This document shows, piece after piece, positions 62,260 to 64,000 of a stretch of DNA of 64,000 nt. The position numbers and the translations under genes are program-made. A model generated the notes under the pieces. The model searched no databases. It was not told the DNA's origin and was given only the letters and a program-made list of their open reading frames with translations. Source of the stretch: Octopus vulgaris (taxonomy: Eukaryota). Each line of letters opens with the position of its first letter. Position 1 is the stretch's first letter. The stretch is taken from contig OX597826.1 of assembly GCA_951406725.2 (NCBI GenBank), forward strand, positions 1,178,001-1,242,000, written 5' to 3'.

Positions 62260-64000
62260 AATTAAAACCTAGGCTAGCCTAAATTGTTTTTATGTTAGCC
62301 TGTGAATTTGGTAAATTGTTAGGCAAGCCTTGGCTGCTTTTATATTAGAAGGAAATAATTTCAAATACTGTACTGTTACCTACCTGATGGCTGATGTAGG
62401 TGTTACTCGTTGAGGCTGGTGTAAGAGGAGGAGGAGGAGATTACTCACTAGGATGTCGATGGTTGGGGATGGTCAGCTGACTCCTATTCCGATGGTGTAG
62501 ATCGTTGTGTGAACTCGTCTAAAGTTCCTTGAACTGTCTTTTTCTTCTTCTCTTCAAGGATTAGGTAATAAGTTGCAAAAGTATCTTGACAACCCCCAAT
62601 ATTTTTACAAAACATTGGGGGTTGTGCACTGGGATCCATTTCCTCAATTAAAGCGAGACATTTATCTTCATGAGAAAAAGCCTCTTGCATTTTCTTCAAC
62701 GTAAAATGATTAGTCTAGGGATCAGGTTTTTCTTCTTCCTTTTTCTGTCGTTAATCAAGTTCCTTCAACTCTTTTTTTATCGGGGACTGTTTATCTTTTT
62801 CAAATAATTCATTAAAATCCTCTTCTCCCAACTCCATTTCCAGTTCATTGCTCAACTCCACCAACGTCTTGTTCTCAACAACATTGTCAAAGCCCTTAAA
62901 GTCACTGACAAATTGTGGGCACAGTTCCTTCCACACACCATTCAGAGCCGTGGTCTTCATCTCATTCCTCACAGCTGCTATGTTCACTATGGCTTTGCAG
63001 ATGTCATAACTTTTCCAAAAGTCATGGACTGAAATGCTTTCGTCGATGTCAGTTGCACATATTGCTTGGTGTAATGTATGCTTTATATAATAGCACTTAA
63101 AGATGGCAATTATCCCCTGGTCAGTTGGTTGCAGCAGTGAGGTAGTGTTAATGGTAACATTGGGATGGATACCTCTGATGTTTTACGGGTGGCCTGGAGT
63201 GTTATCTAAGACAAGCAGAACTTTAAAAGGAACTCCCTTTAGCCTTACAGTACTTTTCTGCTTCAGGAACAAAATGATGGAAAAGCCATTCTTCAAAATT
63301 AATGACAGTGACCCAAGCCTTTGAATTAGCCATCTATATTACAGGAAGGGTTGCCTTAGGTACGTTCTTAAGAACTAGGGTGTTCAGCGCATGATACACA
63401 AGCAGTGGTTTTAGCTTGCTATCACCTGCACAATTACCTCCCAACATCATCAACATTAAGGTCAAACATTCTTTTGATACTTTGTAACCAGGAATTCTTT
63501 TCTCTTCCTTGGATATGAAAGAATGATCTGGTAATTTTTTCCAGTAGATACCGGTTTCATCAACATTGAATATTTGTTCAGGTAGAAATCTATTGTGGAG
63601 GCACATGGCCTAGTGGTTAGAGCAGTGGACTCGCAGTCAAGGGATCGCAAGTTCGAATCTCAGACCGGGTGATGTGGGTGTTTATGAGTGAAACACCTAA
63701 GCTCCACGTAGTTCCGGAAGAAGGTAATGGCAAACTTCTGCTGACTCTTTCGCCACAACTTTCTCTCACTCTTTCCTCCTGCATCTTGCAGCTCACCTGC
63801 GACGGACCGGCATCCCGTCCAGGTGGGGAACCTATATGCCAAGGAAACCGGGAAACTGGCCCTTATGAGACAGGCATGGCTCGAGAAGGAACAAACAATA
63901 GAAATCCATTATCTTTAATAATCTTCGCTAATGTAGCAGGAAATTCCACTGCAGCAACATCATCAGCTGATGCACTTTCGCCTTGTTTTTTGAGAGAGTG
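62260..64000 (-). mobile_element. Decayed Tigger/pogo transposase interrupted by a SINE
   Basis: GESASAD..FPATLAKIIKDNGF/LPEQIFNVDETGIYWKKLP, KLKPLLVYH, LLVLDNTPGHP, NTTSLLQPTDQGII, LNGVWKELCPQFV. Confidence 0.88.
63595..63898 (+). mobile_element. tRNA-derived SINE inserted in the Tigger transposase
   Basis: TGGCCTAGTGGTTAGAGC A box, GTTCGAATCT B box; TSD TAGAAATC(T/C)ATT at 63583-63594 and 63899-63910; ACAAACAA tail. Confidence 0.85.

Noticed and set aside
62484-64000. Domesticated TIGD/CENP-B-like gene
   Set aside because: Multiple stops, frameshifts and a SINE insertion indicate a dead transposon.

Overview
AT-rich, repeat-dense eukaryotic genomic DNA. The SINE/RTE repeat content suggests a mollusc, probably an octopus; this is inference. 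Two spliced genes lie on the + strand. The first is the last five coding exons of eIF3 subunit F (EIF3F, 104-7679). The second is the 5' part of a TTF2/Lodestar SNF2-family ATPase (ATG at 12835; 16 phase-consistent exons to about 61354, continuing past the window end). Introns and intergenic DNA hold tRNA-derived SINEs, RTE and L1/Tx1 LINE remnants, Tc1/mariner/pogo elements, MITEs, Helitron-like pieces and microsatellites; nearly all listed ORFs are spurious. Main oddities: (1) several fold-back elements carrying minimal hammerhead ribozymes of the Penelope type, one joined to a tRNA-like Pol III head; (2) two homologous ORF1-only (HAL1-like) retroelements whose 3' tail resembles that of an abundant SINE; (3) a recent, near-identical duplication of a symmetric 84-nt TTF2 exon; (4) a Tc1 element with DD36E spacing; (5) an orphan 5' half of tRNA-Leu(CAA) with a probable intron.
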